Origin: a virus
Virus record (IMG/VR): IMGVR_UViG_3300042970_000016
DNA length: 64,000 bases
Reading direction: 5' to 3' (one strand)
Shown: positions 48,596-57,950 of the stretch, one piece after another
Layout of the letters: every line of letters starts with the position of its first letter
Numbering within the stretch: position 1 is the first letter of the stretch
Program-made: the position numbers and the translations under genes
Notes under the pieces: generated by a model
The model's database searches: none
What the model saw: only the letters and a program-made list of their open reading frames with translations
What the model was told of the DNA's origin: nothing

Positions 48596-49981
48596 ATGGA
48601 AAAGGCACATAATGAAGATAAGAGTTTCCTCGGTACAGAACCAATCAGGCCGCTTATGTTTCGCCTTTCTGTACCAGCAATTCTTGCCCAACTGATCAAT
48701 GTTCTATACAACATTGTGGATCGTATCTACATCGGCCATATGCCAGAGGTTGGCGGGTTGGCGCTTACCGGTCTGGGCGTGTGCACACCGCTCATTATCA
48801 TCGTGTCGGCTTTCGCCATGCTGGTTGCGATGGGAGGAGCGCCCAATGCTTCCATTGAGATGGGCAAAAAAAACGACGAGGGAGCCGAGCACATTATGGG
48901 CAGCTGCGTTGCCTTGCAGCTTGTAATCTCCGCTGTGCTTACCGCAGCCCTGCTAATTTGGAACCGACCCTTGCTTTTAATGTTTGGGGCCAGTGAAAAC
49001 ACCATCGGCTATGCATCCCAGTACATGAACATCTATGCGATTGGTACCGTCTTTGTACAATTAACCTTGGGCATGAATGCATTTATCACGGCGCAGGGTT
49101 ATGCAAAAGTAAGCATGTACACGGTTTTGATCGGGGCAATCTGTAATATTATCCTTGACCCAATCATGATCTTCGGCATGAACATGGGGGTGCGCGGAGC
49201 AGCTCTGGCGACAATCATATCTCAAGGAATCAGTTGCGTGTGGGTAATTCATTTTCTCACTTCCCCAAAAAGCAGCATCAAGCTCCGGATGAAAAATATC
49301 AGATTTGACAATGTCCTTCTGTCCTGCGTAGCACTGGGTGCAGCTCCGTTTATAATGCAGGCAAGCGAAAGCATCATTTCTATCTGCTTCAATTCCTCCT
49401 TGCTGAAATATGGCGGAGATATTGCCGTGGGTGCCATGACGATTCTGAGCACTGTGATGCAGTTTGCCATGCTGCCGATGCAGGGTTTTGCGCAAGGTGC
49501 TCAGCCGATCTTCAGCTACAACTTTGGTGCTCACAATTCAGCTCGTGTCAAGCAGACCTTTCGACTGCTTTTGATCTGTTGCTGTACCTATTCCGTATTG
49601 CTGTGGGTTGCCGTGCAGATATTTCCGCAGGTTTTTGCCTCATTATTTACAAATGATACCGCAATGGTGGCGTATACTAAAAGTGCATTACGTATCTACG
49701 CCGGTGCCATGTTTATTATGGGCGTTCAGATAGCCTGCCAGATGACCTTTATCTCCCTCGGGAATGCCAAGGCTTCAATTTTCGTAGCAGTATTCCGAAA
49801 ATTTATCATGTTGGTCCCACTCATCTATCTTCTCCCCATGCTGCTACCTGATAAGACAGTAGCCGTGTATCTTGCCGAACCGATTTCAGATACTGCTGCG
49901 GTGATCTGTACTGGTATTGTGTTTGCGAAAGAATTCAGAAAAGCGATAAAAAAGTTGGATGAAGGCCCGCACGACAATTGA
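48596..49981 (+). CDS. MATE family efflux transporter
   Basis: LSVPAILAQLINVLYNIVDRIYIGH, NIILDPIMIFG motifs; about 12 TM segments; GGAGG RBS before 48596. Confidence 0.95.
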   Translation: MEKAHNEDKSFLGTEPIRPLMFRLSVPAILAQLINVLYNIVDRIYIGHMPEVGGLALTGLGVCTPLIIIVSAFAMLVAMGGAPNASIEMGKKNDEGAEHIMGSCVALQLVISAVLTAALLIWNRPLLLMFGASENTIGYASQYMNIYAIGTVFVQLTLGMNAFITAQGYAKVSMYTVLIGAICNIILDPIMIFGMNMGVRGAALATIISQGISCVWVIHFLTSPKSSIKLRMKNIRFDNVLLSCVALGAAPFIMQASESIISICFNSSLLKYGGDIAVGAMTILSTVMQFAMLPMQGFAQGAQPIFSYNFGAHNSARVKQTFRLLLICCCTYSVLLWVAVQIFPQVFASLFTNDTAMVAYTKSALRIYAGAMFIMGVQIACQMTFISLGNAKASIFVAVFRKFIMLVPLIYLLPMLLPDKTVAVYLAEPISDTAAVICTGIVFAKEFRKAIKKLDEGPHDN

Positions 49982-49989
49982 GATGAATC

Positions 49990-50109
49990 ATGCCGACCTT
50001 CAATACTGAAAAAGGAACTGGACTTGGGCTGATCATTGCCAAGGGAGATATACAGCTATTAGATGGTGTTTTTTCACGCGGCGCAATTCGTTTGTTTCGA
50101 TCAAATTAA
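49990..50109 (+). pseudogene. Histidine kinase ATPase-domain remnant
   Basis: FNTEKGTGLGLIIAK G2-box in an isolated 39-codon frame. Confidence 0.5.
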
Positions 50110-50564
50110 AAAAAGCGCTACAAAAAAGCGTGAGTTTGGCGGGTCTATCTTCATGCCTGAATAAGCAATACCGTAACCCTTCAAGCTCACCAGTCTGGAG
50201 GGTTTCTATGTCTGCTCAATTTACCATGAATTTCAGGCGACCGCTATTAAGTAGCGGTCGAGCGTGATGCAACGGATCACAATCCGCTACACACCGCTTT
50301 TCTAACCGATAGCTCGTCAAAAAAACCTGTGCTTTTCAAGGAAACAGCGCGGGCAGCAGCACGAACCATCAGAGCAGATAAAATATGAAATAATTTACAG
50401 GAGCATACCTGTGGGCAACCGTGCTCACAAGTACGTTCCTGTTTTTTTGCTTGCAGTTATATCATGCTGCCGAGTTCCGTCGCTTATTTTTCATTTTCAG
50501 ATTTCAACAATCACGAGATGGATGACAGACACTATGGCAAAATATCAGAAAATAACGGATTATC

Positions 50565-50660
50565 AAATACGCCAATAGCAAACCTGACTAAAGTCAGGGA
50601 CGCAAAGCCACAGGATCTAAGGTGCTGGTTAAAGCGCTATGACAGCCTGGCTGCCGTTTG
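50565..50660 (+). ncRNA. Cyclic di-GMP-I (GEMM) riboswitch aptamer
   Basis: GCAAACC-TGACTAAAGTCA-GGGACGCAAAGCC..GGATCTAA...TGACAGCCTGGCTGCCG matches the class I architecture. Confidence 0.85.
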
Positions 50661-50670
50661 TCGCAAATAT

Positions 50671-50706
50671 AAAACCTGCCTTTCCATGGACAGGTTTTGT
50701 TTTTTT
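50671..50706 (+). terminator. Intrinsic terminator / riboswitch expression platform
   Basis: AAAACCTG-N12-CAGGTTTT followed by a T-run, 10 nt after the aptamer. Confidence 0.75.
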
Positions 50707-50859
50707 ACGATTTTAAGTGCCCTTCTTTGATACTGTGGTCTCTTGCCGCCTTTTGCTTGCGGCTATGAGGGGAGCTTCACATATGCAAAGATACACTCAT
50801 AAGGTACGGAGGTTGAAATAAAGGTTTCTTCCGTATAGCACATCAACTATATGGATATA

Positions 50860-50904
50860 AAAAAAAGGCAGCAGTTTGCAACGTGCAAACTGCTGCCTTT
50901 TTTT
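50860..50904. terminator. Perfect 21-bp stem bidirectional terminator
   Basis: AAAAAAAGGCAGCAGTTTGCA-ACG-TGCAAACTGCTGCCTTTTTTT. Confidence 0.85.
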
Positions 50905-51059
50905 GTTCGACTTTTTTCTTATCCTTTCGATCGGATTGTATCTTTTTTGCACTCTGTGGGTTTTTGATCAGAACGCTGAAAAAACATTTGCGCTGCAGAT
51001 CTCCGCCGCTTGTTCTTCATTTCCAGATTTCAACAATCACGAAATGGAGGACAAGCCCT

Positions 51060-52331
51060 ATGGCGAAGTACCAGAAAAAGACGAATTACCGGGAGAAGTA
51101 TCCCGGTGTGAGCAAAGAAATCATTGAGGTTTTAGAAAAGAGCGACCGTCAGATGGAATACCTGCAGTATGACATCAAAGCCGAGCGATGCCGAATCGAT
51201 TCCACCAGCGGAACTGTTACATATCCCCCCAGCCGAGAAGACTCATACGAACGGCTTCTGGAGGGAAACAAGCAGTTTCCCTCCGATGACGAAGATGTGG
51301 ACGATGCCGCGATTAAGGCCGTGATGATCGAAAAAATGCTAACCTGCCTCAAGCGTCTCAGCCCGGAAAAACAGAAGTTGATTACCGCTCTGTTTTTTGA
51401 TTATCCACTGGCCATCTATGACACACCTGGATTTGAGCTATCTGCGGGGCAGCAAAATAAGGTTAAGGAACAGGTGTTGGATTTGATTCGCAAGGGATAT
51501 GCTTCTAAGGATGTCAATGATGCGATACACTGTATCTGGTATTGTGTAAATGTTGGCGGAAATAGAACATTTGATAGTTCTGAACTTAATTGGCTACGCG
51601 ATTTCACAAAGGAAAACAGGGATACTCAAGTTCCGGTTATTGTTGTATTAACTCAAGCTGTACCGAAAAGTAAAGCTGCGGAAATGAAGGATTTAGTAGA
51701 AAAGGAGAATCTTGACATTGTTAAGGTGGTTCCGGTTCTCGCACAAGACATGGATTTTGATGGAGAGTACGTCGCGCATTCTTATGGACTTGACCGCCTA
51801 ATTGATATAATGGCAGAAGTTCTACCTGATGAATTGCAGAATACCTTACAGAATGTTCAAAAAGCTTCTCTGGATTCAAAAGTCAGGCAATCACAGGCGA
51901 TAGTTGCAGCTACTGTTGCAGGTTCGTTCGGGGAGGGTTTTGTTCCCGTCCCTTTTTCCGACGCGGTGATGCTGGTACCAACGCAAGTGGGAATGATCGC
52001 CGGGATCACGGTGGTTTTTGGAATGGACATAAGTAAGAGCTTTTTAACTTCATTTGTGTCTGCAACTATTGGAAGCGCAGGAGCCACTGTGCTGGGAAAA
52101 ACGATAGTTGCAGGCTTATTGAAATTGATACCTGGCGTTGGAACTATAGCTGGCGGATTGATTTCGGGAACTACAGCTGGTCTTCTTACAACCGCGTTAG
52201 GAGCTGCTTATATTGAGATCATGAAAATGGTTTTCACAGGTGAGATACAGAAAGAAGATCTGCAATCGAAAGATGTTCAAGAGACAATGAAAACTTTATT
52301 TAGGACTGAGCTGCAGAAGAAACGCAATTAA
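51060..52331 (+). CDS. Chimeric ORF: sigma-like N-terminus (114 aa) fused to GTPase G3-onward + DUF697-like C-terminus
   Basis: MAKYQKKTNYREKYPG start with GGAGG RBS; switches at GAT 51399-51401 to YPLAIYDTPG; C-terminal hydrophobic helices. Confidence 0.85.
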   Translation: MAKYQKKTNYREKYPGVSKEIIEVLEKSDRQMEYLQYDIKAERCRIDSTSGTVTYPPSREDSYERLLEGNKQFPSDDEDVDDAAIKAVMIEKMLTCLKRLSPEKQKLITALFFDYPLAIYDTPGFELSAGQQNKVKEQVLDLIRKGYASKDVNDAIHCIWYCVNVGGNRTFDSSELNWLRDFTKENRDTQVPVIVVLTQAVPKSKAAEMKDLVEKENLDIVKVVPVLAQDMDFDGEYVAHSYGLDRLIDIMAEVLPDELQNTLQNVQKASLDSKVRQSQAIVAATVAGSFGEGFVPVPFSDAVMLVPTQVGMIAGITVVFGMDISKSFLTSFVSATIGSAGATVLGKTIVAGLLKLIPGVGTIAGGLISGTTAGLLTTALGAAYIEIMKMVFTGEIQKEDLQSKDVQETMKTLFRTELQKKRN

Positions 52332-52336
52332 TGAGA

Positions 52337-52381
52337 AACAGCCCGACCGCCAGCATTGTTTACTGGTAGTCAGGCTGTTTT
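52337..52381. terminator. Bidirectional terminator between convergent genes
   Basis: AAACAGCC.GAC.GCCAG / CTGGT.GTC.GGCTGTTT inverted repeat. Confidence 0.7.
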
Positions 52382-52388
52382 CTTATGC

Positions 52389-53966
52389 CTAGATTTCCTG
52401 TCCGTTGCGGAATGTTACCCGGATGTCGTCTTTACTGTGGATGGTGAGGTGATCGACAAGGCTGGAGAAGGCATCGGCGGTGAATTCCGTCAGGGAGTCC
52501 GGTGTTTTCTCAAAGGCCTTCAGGAAATCCTCGACCGCAGCTTTCCGTGACTGGGTATTCTGAATCTGGTCGCTAATCTCATCGACTCGCGCCTTGAGTT
52601 TTTCGTAGCGGTCGGTGAGGTCGTCATAGCGCTTCTGATAGTCGGTCTGGTTGAGAGCGATGCGGGCGTTTTCGGCAATGTTCTGCTGAATGGCATCCGA
52701 AATGACCTGCGCTTCTTCGATGAGGCGGTTACGTTCTGTCTCGAGCTCATCCGTTTTGAAGAGGAGTCCGAGCATCTCATTTCCGTTGGCGATGACCTCG
52801 GCCTTTGTCTCGAGCAGCTTGTTTGCCGCCGACAGGAATGCTGCTTTGATGTCATCGTCCGTCAGGGCTGGTGTAGAGCACTTCTCGCCGCCATCGTATT
52901 TGTGATTACAGCGCCAGATGGTTTTCTTGTACTTGTCGGTTGAGTGCCAGACCTTGGAGCCGTAGAAGGAGCCGCACTGCCCGCAGCGGATTTTGCTGGA
53001 GAAGACGTGTACGCCGCTGTGGTACATGATGCCGTTGCCGCGCTTCTTCATCTCGCGCTGGACCAGGTCGAAGGTCTCCGGTGCGATGATCGCCTCATGG
53101 TCGCCTTCCACGTAGTATTGCGGAATCTCGCCCTCGTTGACCTTAGTCTTCTTGGTGAGATAGTCGACCGTATAGGATTTCTGCAGCAGCGCATCACCTT
53201 TGTACTTCTCGTTGCTGAGGATGGACTTGACGGTACTGATGCTCCAGTGATCCTTGCCGCCGGGTGTCTTGATGCCGTCACTGGTGAGCTGCTTGGCGAT
53301 GCCGTTGTAGGTCAGGCCCTGCAGGAAGAGCCGGTAGATGCGGCGGACGGTTTCTGCCTCCTCTGGGTTGACGATGAGCTCGCCATTCGGACCGCGGTCA
53401 TAGCCAAGGAACCGGTGAAACGGAACCGTCACCTTGCCGTCTGCAAACCGCTTACGCTGTCCCCAGGTGCAGTTTTCGGAAATGCTCCGGGATTCCTCCT
53501 GAGCAAGGCTCGACATGATGGTGATCAGCAATTCTCCTTTGCCGTCGAAGGTCCAGATGTTCTCTTTTTCAAAGTAGCATTCGACGCCGTTCTCCTTGAG
53601 CTTTCGGATGGTTGTCAGGCTGTCGACGGTGTTCCGGGCGAATCGGCTGACGCTCTTCGTGACGATGAGATCGATCTTCCCGGCAAGCGCGTCCTCGATC
53701 ATGTTCTGGAATCCAATTCTCTTCTTGATGCCGGTTCCGCTGATTCCCTCGTCCGTGTAGACATTCACGAACTCCCAGTCATCGCGGCCTTTGATGTAAT
53801 TGGTGTAGTAATCGATCTGCGCCTCGTAGCTCGTGAACTGGTCGTCATGGTCTGTTGAGACCCGCGCGTATCCGGCTACCCTGCGTTTCTTCTTCTCTGT
53901 GATAGGAGTGGAGGAAAAGCGCGTCCGGGACGCCGGTATGGTGGTTACCTTCTTTTGTTGCTCCAA
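52389..53966 (-). CDS. Large serine recombinase (525 aa)
   Basis: VAGYARVSTD, TKSVSRFARNT, recombinase domain, CGQCG Zn ribbon, coiled coil. Confidence 0.95.
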   Translation of the reverse strand: MEQQKKVTTIPASRTRFSSTPITEKKKRRVAGYARVSTDHDDQFTSYEAQIDYYTNYIKGRDDWEFVNVYTDEGISGTGIKKRIGFQNMIEDALAGKIDLIVTKSVSRFARNTVDSLTTIRKLKENGVECYFEKENIWTFDGKGELLITIMSSLAQEESRSISENCTWGQRKRFADGKVTVPFHRFLGYDRGPNGELIVNPEEAETVRRIYRLFLQGLTYNGIAKQLTSDGIKTPGGKDHWSISTVKSILSNEKYKGDALLQKSYTVDYLTKKTKVNEGEIPQYYVEGDHEAIIAPETFDLVQREMKKRGNGIMYHSGVHVFSSKIRCGQCGSFYGSKVWHSTDKYKKTIWRCNHKYDGGEKCSTPALTDDDIKAAFLSAANKLLETKAEVIANGNEMLGLLFKTDELETERNRLIEEAQVISDAIQQNIAENARIALNQTDYQKRYDDLTDRYEKLKARVDEISDQIQNTQSRKAAVEDFLKAFEKTPDSLTEFTADAFSSLVDHLTIHSKDDIRVTFRNGQEI

Positions 53967-55738
53967 TGTTTCTCACTCCTTATTCTCTTCATGTTTTCGC
54001 TGATTTTCTGTCTGCGCTCCGGCGTGAAGCTGTCCCTGATGGCCTCAGTCTGTTTTTCCCGGCGCTCGTCTGTCCACGGGACGCCTTCCTTCGCGTATTC
54101 ATAGTCTCGTTCGGCTGCGCTGCCGTCGGTGAAGTGGAAGGTCAGGTGTGTCAGGTTCCGGACGCTGATGTGGTCTATCCGTTCGAGGAAGACCTGCTCG
54201 TCGAATTCATCAAGCCCGAGGACCTCGTTAATGATTTCCTTCAGGTGATCCTCGCGCAGGCTTTTGCCGGGATGGTTTTTCTTGTCAGCGCACTTCCAGT
54301 AGGCGTTCTGGTGGCCGTCGGCCATGACGCATGTCTGCTTGCGGTAGTTGCAGCCGCATTCCTCGCAGCGGATCTTCGTGGTGAAGCAGGTGATATCGTC
54401 ACGGGTGACCGGGTGCCGTCTGCGGTACTGAGATGCACGCTTCCGATTCTCCTCAGTCCACGACTCCTTTTTCGCATTCCGGCACCAGTGGTGTTCAAGC
54501 GTGGTGCCGTCCGTGAATTCGAAGATCATCGTCCCGGACTCAGGAACCGTAATCCGTTCGACACGCTCAGAGAAGATGTCCTCGTCAAATTCCGGGATGC
54601 CGAGCACCTTGGCGCATTCCTCTTTGAGGACGCTTTCGCGGATCGTTCCGCTGCTGCAGGACGAGCAGTTTGTTTTCTTGTGTGAGGTGCAGGCCCAGAA
54701 GGTGTATTTCTCTCCGAGCCTGCTCATCTTTGCTCGGTTCCTCCGTGTGGAGCGGACGAAACTTCTGCCGCATTGTCCGCATTTGATTTTCGTGGAGAAG
54801 CAGTTCAGGGTGAGCGCCTTGTTGCCAAAGCAGCCAAGCTCCCTGCGCCGCGCCATCTCGGTCTGCACGTAGTCGAATGTTTCCTTGCTGATGATGGCCG
54901 GATGCGTGTTCTCCACATAGTATTGCGGCAGCTCGCCGCGGTTCTTCTTGACCTTCTTCGTGATCGGGTCAACGGTGTATTCCTTCTGGTAGAGCATGTT
55001 GCCCGTGTAGGTAACGTTCGTGAGGATCACCTTCAGATTGGAATCCACCCACGGCGCTCCGGCACGCGTCTTGATGCCTTCGGCGGCGAATTCCTTCTCG
55101 GTTTCCTGCCGGGATTTCCCGTCAAGGAAGTTCTGGTAGATGCGGCGTACGATGGCGGCCTCCTCCGGGACGATGACCATCTCGTCACCTTCCCAGCGGT
55201 ACCCGTAGACGTTCATGTGACCGTTTGCATAAGGCAGTCCGGCCTGCATCCTTTTGCGGATTCCCCACTTCACATTGTTGGAGATGCTTTCGGTTTCAGA
55301 CTGTGCGAACGAGGCGAGCAAGGTGAGCATGACCTCGCCGTCACCGGAAAGCGAGTTTATGTGCTCCTTTTCGAACCGCACCTCAATGCCCAGCTCCTTG
55401 AGATGCCGGACGGTCTCCAGCAGGTCGACCGTGTTCCGCGCGAACCTGCTGATGCTCTTGGTGAGGATGATGTCTATCTTCCCGGCTTCGCAGTCAGCGA
55501 GCATACGCTGGAACTCAGGCCGTTTCATGGTGCTTGTACCGGTGATGCCTTCGTCCGCGTAGACACCTGCATACTGCCATTCCGGATTCTTCTGGATCAG
55601 CTCCGAGTAGTAGCTGACCTGTGCGGAGAGGGAATGGTGCAGGCGCTCGGTCTCCATCGACACACGCGCGTATGCCGCCACCTTCTTCCGCTGTGGTAGA
55701 GCCTTGATTTTAGGCTCAATTTTCGTGATTTTCGGCAT
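53945..55738 (-). CDS. Large serine recombinase with repeated Zn-ribbon C-terminus (597 aa)
   Basis: VAAYARVSME, TKSISRFARNT; CGQCG and CEECG ribbons; start MPKITKI with AGGAG RBS. Confidence 0.95.
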   Translation of the reverse strand: MPKITKIEPKIKALPQRKKVAAYARVSMETERLHHSLSAQVSYYSELIQKNPEWQYAGVYADEGITGTSTMKRPEFQRMLADCEAGKIDIILTKSISRFARNTVDLLETVRHLKELGIEVRFEKEHINSLSGDGEVMLTLLASFAQSETESISNNVKWGIRKRMQAGLPYANGHMNVYGYRWEGDEMVIVPEEAAIVRRIYQNFLDGKSRQETEKEFAAEGIKTRAGAPWVDSNLKVILTNVTYTGNMLYQKEYTVDPITKKVKKNRGELPQYYVENTHPAIISKETFDYVQTEMARRRELGCFGNKALTLNCFSTKIKCGQCGRSFVRSTRRNRAKMSRLGEKYTFWACTSHKKTNCSSCSSGTIRESVLKEECAKVLGIPEFDEDIFSERVERITVPESGTMIFEFTDGTTLEHHWCRNAKKESWTEENRKRASQYRRRHPVTRDDITCFTTKIRCEECGCNYRKQTCVMADGHQNAYWKCADKKNHPGKSLREDHLKEIINEVLGLDEFDEQVFLERIDHISVRNLTHLTFHFTDGSAAERDYEYAKEGVPWTDERREKQTEAIRDSFTPERRQKISENMKRIRSEKHWSNKRR

Positions 55739-55758
55739 TGTATCACTCCTTTCGTCTT

Positions 55759-55792
55759 GTCTATCTATCACTCTGTTTCAGACACATAGCAA
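55759..55792 (-). promoter_or_regulatory. Repeated promoter motif, copy 4
   Basis: TTGCTA-N17-GATAGATAGAC, same spacing as the three copies in prophage A. Confidence 0.55.
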
Positions 55793-55795
55793 GCG

Positions 55796-55960
55796 TTACG
55801 GGGATAATAATGTGCCGATTATCGGGCTGTATTTCTCCTTCATTTTGGTGTCTATGACCGCGTATTCATCCTCGGTGATAAGGCCCTGATCCAGCATCCT
55901 TTTGAACATTTCCATGCTCGCCTGGTAAAGTTTCTCCCGCTCGAACTGCTCATCACTCAT
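55796..55960 (-). CDS. SHOCT-like small protein (54 aa)
   Basis: MLDQGLITEDEY motif; usual position before recombinase pair. Confidence 0.75.
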   Translation of the reverse strand: MSDEQFEREKLYQASMEMFKRMLDQGLITEDEYAVIDTKMKEKYSPIIGTLLSP

Positions 55961-56375
55961 GGCCGTCACCGCCTTTGAAACGGTCTGCGATATAGCAGGC
56001 GTGCGAGCAGTACTTACGGTGCCGGTTTCCATAGGCCGAGAACCGTTTTCCGCAGTGGGCGCAGTTGAATGTGTAGACGGCTTTCCGGTTGATCTGTTCC
56101 GGGTGGGCGTTCCACCAGCTGAGTCGGCAGGCGTCCGAGCAGAACCGGACTTCCTTTCGACCGGGAATTTGTTTTATTGGCTTTCCGCAGTACTGGCAGT
56201 AGGAGCCATCCGGCGTATTCTCGTCGCCTGTGTCGGCAATCTTTCCGGTGAGGTTGTTCCTGCGGCAAAAGGCTGATACCTGATTCTTCGTGAGTCCCAG
56301 CGCATTGGCAATCGCAGCGTACCCGTGGCCGTCACCGCGCAGCTTGCGGATCTGCTGCTTCTGTTCTTTATTCAT
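55953..56375 (-). CDS. HTH + Cys-rich Zn-binding protein
   Basis: GYAAIANALGLTKNQVSAFCRR HTH; CxxC...FCSxxC repeated twice. Confidence 0.75.
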   Translation of the reverse strand: MNKEQKQQIRKLRGDGHGYAAIANALGLTKNQVSAFCRRNNLTGKIADTGDENTPDGSYCQYCGKPIKQIPGRKEVRFCSDACRLSWWNAHPEQINRKAVYTFNCAHCGKRFSAYGNRHRKYCSHACYIADRFKGGDGHE

Positions 56376-56445
56376 GAGAAAACCTCCAGTCACTTTCCAC
56401 TGGAGGCTGGAGGCCTGTTTTGACGAAGCAGAAACGAAAAAAGGC

Positions 56446-56482
56446 CCACCGACAATTCCGATAAGGAATAGCCAGTGGGCCT
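56446..56482 (-). terminator. Terminator after endolysin
   Basis: AGGCCCAC...GTGGGCCT stem with T-run on the minus strand. Confidence 0.6.
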
Positions 56483-56496
56483 GAGATGTGATGCAG

Positions 56497-57447
56497 CTAT
56501 TTCACGCGAATCCGCCATCCGACCTGGATGAGATTCACGTTCTTGATGAGCGTACTGTTCAACTTCTGGATTGCGGATACGGTCGTGCCGTACTTCTTGG
56601 CGATGCCGGAAAGTGTGTCTCCGCGCTGAACCGTGTAGTAGGTGGCGGCCGATTTCTTCTGGGAAGCGCCGAGTTTCTCGTTGACCTTTGCCTGCACGGC
56701 GTTGTAGTCAAACCCAGCGGCCGTCAGACGGTTCTTGCGGTCGGAGCCGTTGCCCCATTTCCCGGCAATGACCTCTGAAGCAATCTCGTCAACGGACTTC
56801 TTCACGGTTGTCGTGCTGGTGGATGCAGCGCCTTTGCCGTAGCCGTTGAATCCGCCGTTTCTGATCGTGGTTGGAAAGTCGATGTAGGAGTAGTCCATGT
56901 CGACGTTCCCGCCGATGCCGCTGACCTTGCCTTTGGACGAATACTGCCAGACGCCGTAAGCGCCGGAGTACGAGCATTTGCCCGACCACTGCGCCACCCA
57001 GACGGTGAAGCGCTTCTTTACGGCATCCGATACCACAGAGTTCAGGCTGGAAAGTGAAGTATAAAAGCCTGCGTAGTAGCCATGATTCTCCAGCTCGGTG
57101 CAGAACGCCGTGATGAGCGATGAGCAGAAATCCTTCCCGCGCGAAAGCTGGGACTTCTCCTCGATGTCGAAGTAGACCGGGTAATCAAGCTGCTTGCCTG
57201 AGAGCACCTTGGCGCAGGACTGCGCTTCCTGCTTCGCACCGTCAGCGGATGTGGCGTATGAATACCAGTATGCGCCGATGTGGAGCCCGGCTGCTTTTGC
57301 TTTCCGGTAGTTCTCATCGAACCATTTGTCCTTGTTCCCGTTGCCGTATCCGGCGCGGATAATCACAAAATTGATGCCTGACACTTTGACCTTGCCAAAG
57401 TCGATGTTTCCCTGCCAGACCGATACGTCTATTCCCTTGATAGCCAT
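56497..57447 (-). CDS. Endolysin: GH25 muramidase + CW_7 + LysM
   Basis: [21 protein letters not shown]; [15 protein letters not shown]; [17 protein letters not shown]. Confidence 0.95.
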   Translation of the reverse strand: MAIKGIDVSVWQGNIDFGKVKVSGINFVIIRAGYGNGNKDKWFDENYRKAKAAGLHIGAYWYSYATSADGAKQEAQSCAKVLSGKQLDYPVYFDIEEKSQLSRGKDFCSSLITAFCTELENHGYYAGFYTSLSSLNSVVSDAVKKRFTVWVAQWSGKCSYSGAYGVWQYSSKGKVSGIGGNVDMDYSYIDFPTTIRNGGFNGYGKGAASTSTTTVKKSVDEIASEVIAGKWGNGSDRKNRLTAAGFDYNAVQAKVNEKLGASQKKSAATYYTVQRGDTLSGIAKKYGTTVSAIQKLNSTLIKNVNLIQVGWRIRVK

Positions 57448-57449
57448 AA

Positions 57450-57863
57450 TTACTGTTCCTCCTTGTCGTTTCTGTCGTGAAGCTGTTCAAGCACATCCTT
57501 GAGCTTGCCGGGAATCGGAAGTCCGAGATGTGCGGCGTTCTCAGTGAGAGAAAGACCTTCATTCGAAATGTAGAAGAATATGATTGCGGTTCTCAGCACG
57601 CCCTCATGTCCGAGCACGTGGATGTCGAGGATGTTGGCGATGCCGACCAGAATGAAGATCAAGACTTTCCTGCAGATTCCTTTGAATCCAACTGCAGACG
57701 AGAGCTTCTTGTCCGCGATGGCGCAGAGTACGCCGGTAATGTAGTCGCAGACCACGAAGATGATCAGCGCGATAAGAAGCCCGTCGCATCCTCCGAGAAA
57801 GTAGCCGAGCCATCCTCCGATGGCCGCGAAAATGAGCTGTATGGTGTTCCAGAATTCCTTCAT
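57450..57863 (-). CDS. Holin (phage holin family 4)
   Basis: [14 protein letters not shown]...DYITG...[12 protein letters not shown]. Confidence 0.93.
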   Translation of the reverse strand: MKEFWNTIQLIFAAIGGWLGYFLGGCDGLLIALIIFVVCDYITGVLCAIADKKLSSAVGFKGICRKVLIFILVGIANILDIHVLGHEGVLRTAIIFFYISNEGLSLTENAAHLGLPIPGKLKDVLEQLHDRNDKEEQ

Positions 57864-57950
57864 CAAAATGTCCCTCCTTTGATTTTGAGCAAAATGAAAG
57901 GCCGCCAGTGGTACGCTGACAGCCTTGAAAAAACTCTGTGATTTATGAAG

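Larger units (their letters stand above)
45911..51401. mobile_element. 5.5 kb integrated module (circularly permuted) interrupting a GTPase gene
   Basis: Reciprocal in-frame junctions at GAT 45908-45910 and 51399-51401; joining the ends restores both genes. Confidence 0.85.

Noticed and set aside
50464-50730. 88 aa ORF
   Set aside because: It overlaps the riboswitch and terminator; the region is better explained as structured RNA
50883-51059. Upstream start of the 482 aa ORF
   Set aside because: It lies inside a terminator hairpin with no RBS; ATG 51060 has GGAGG
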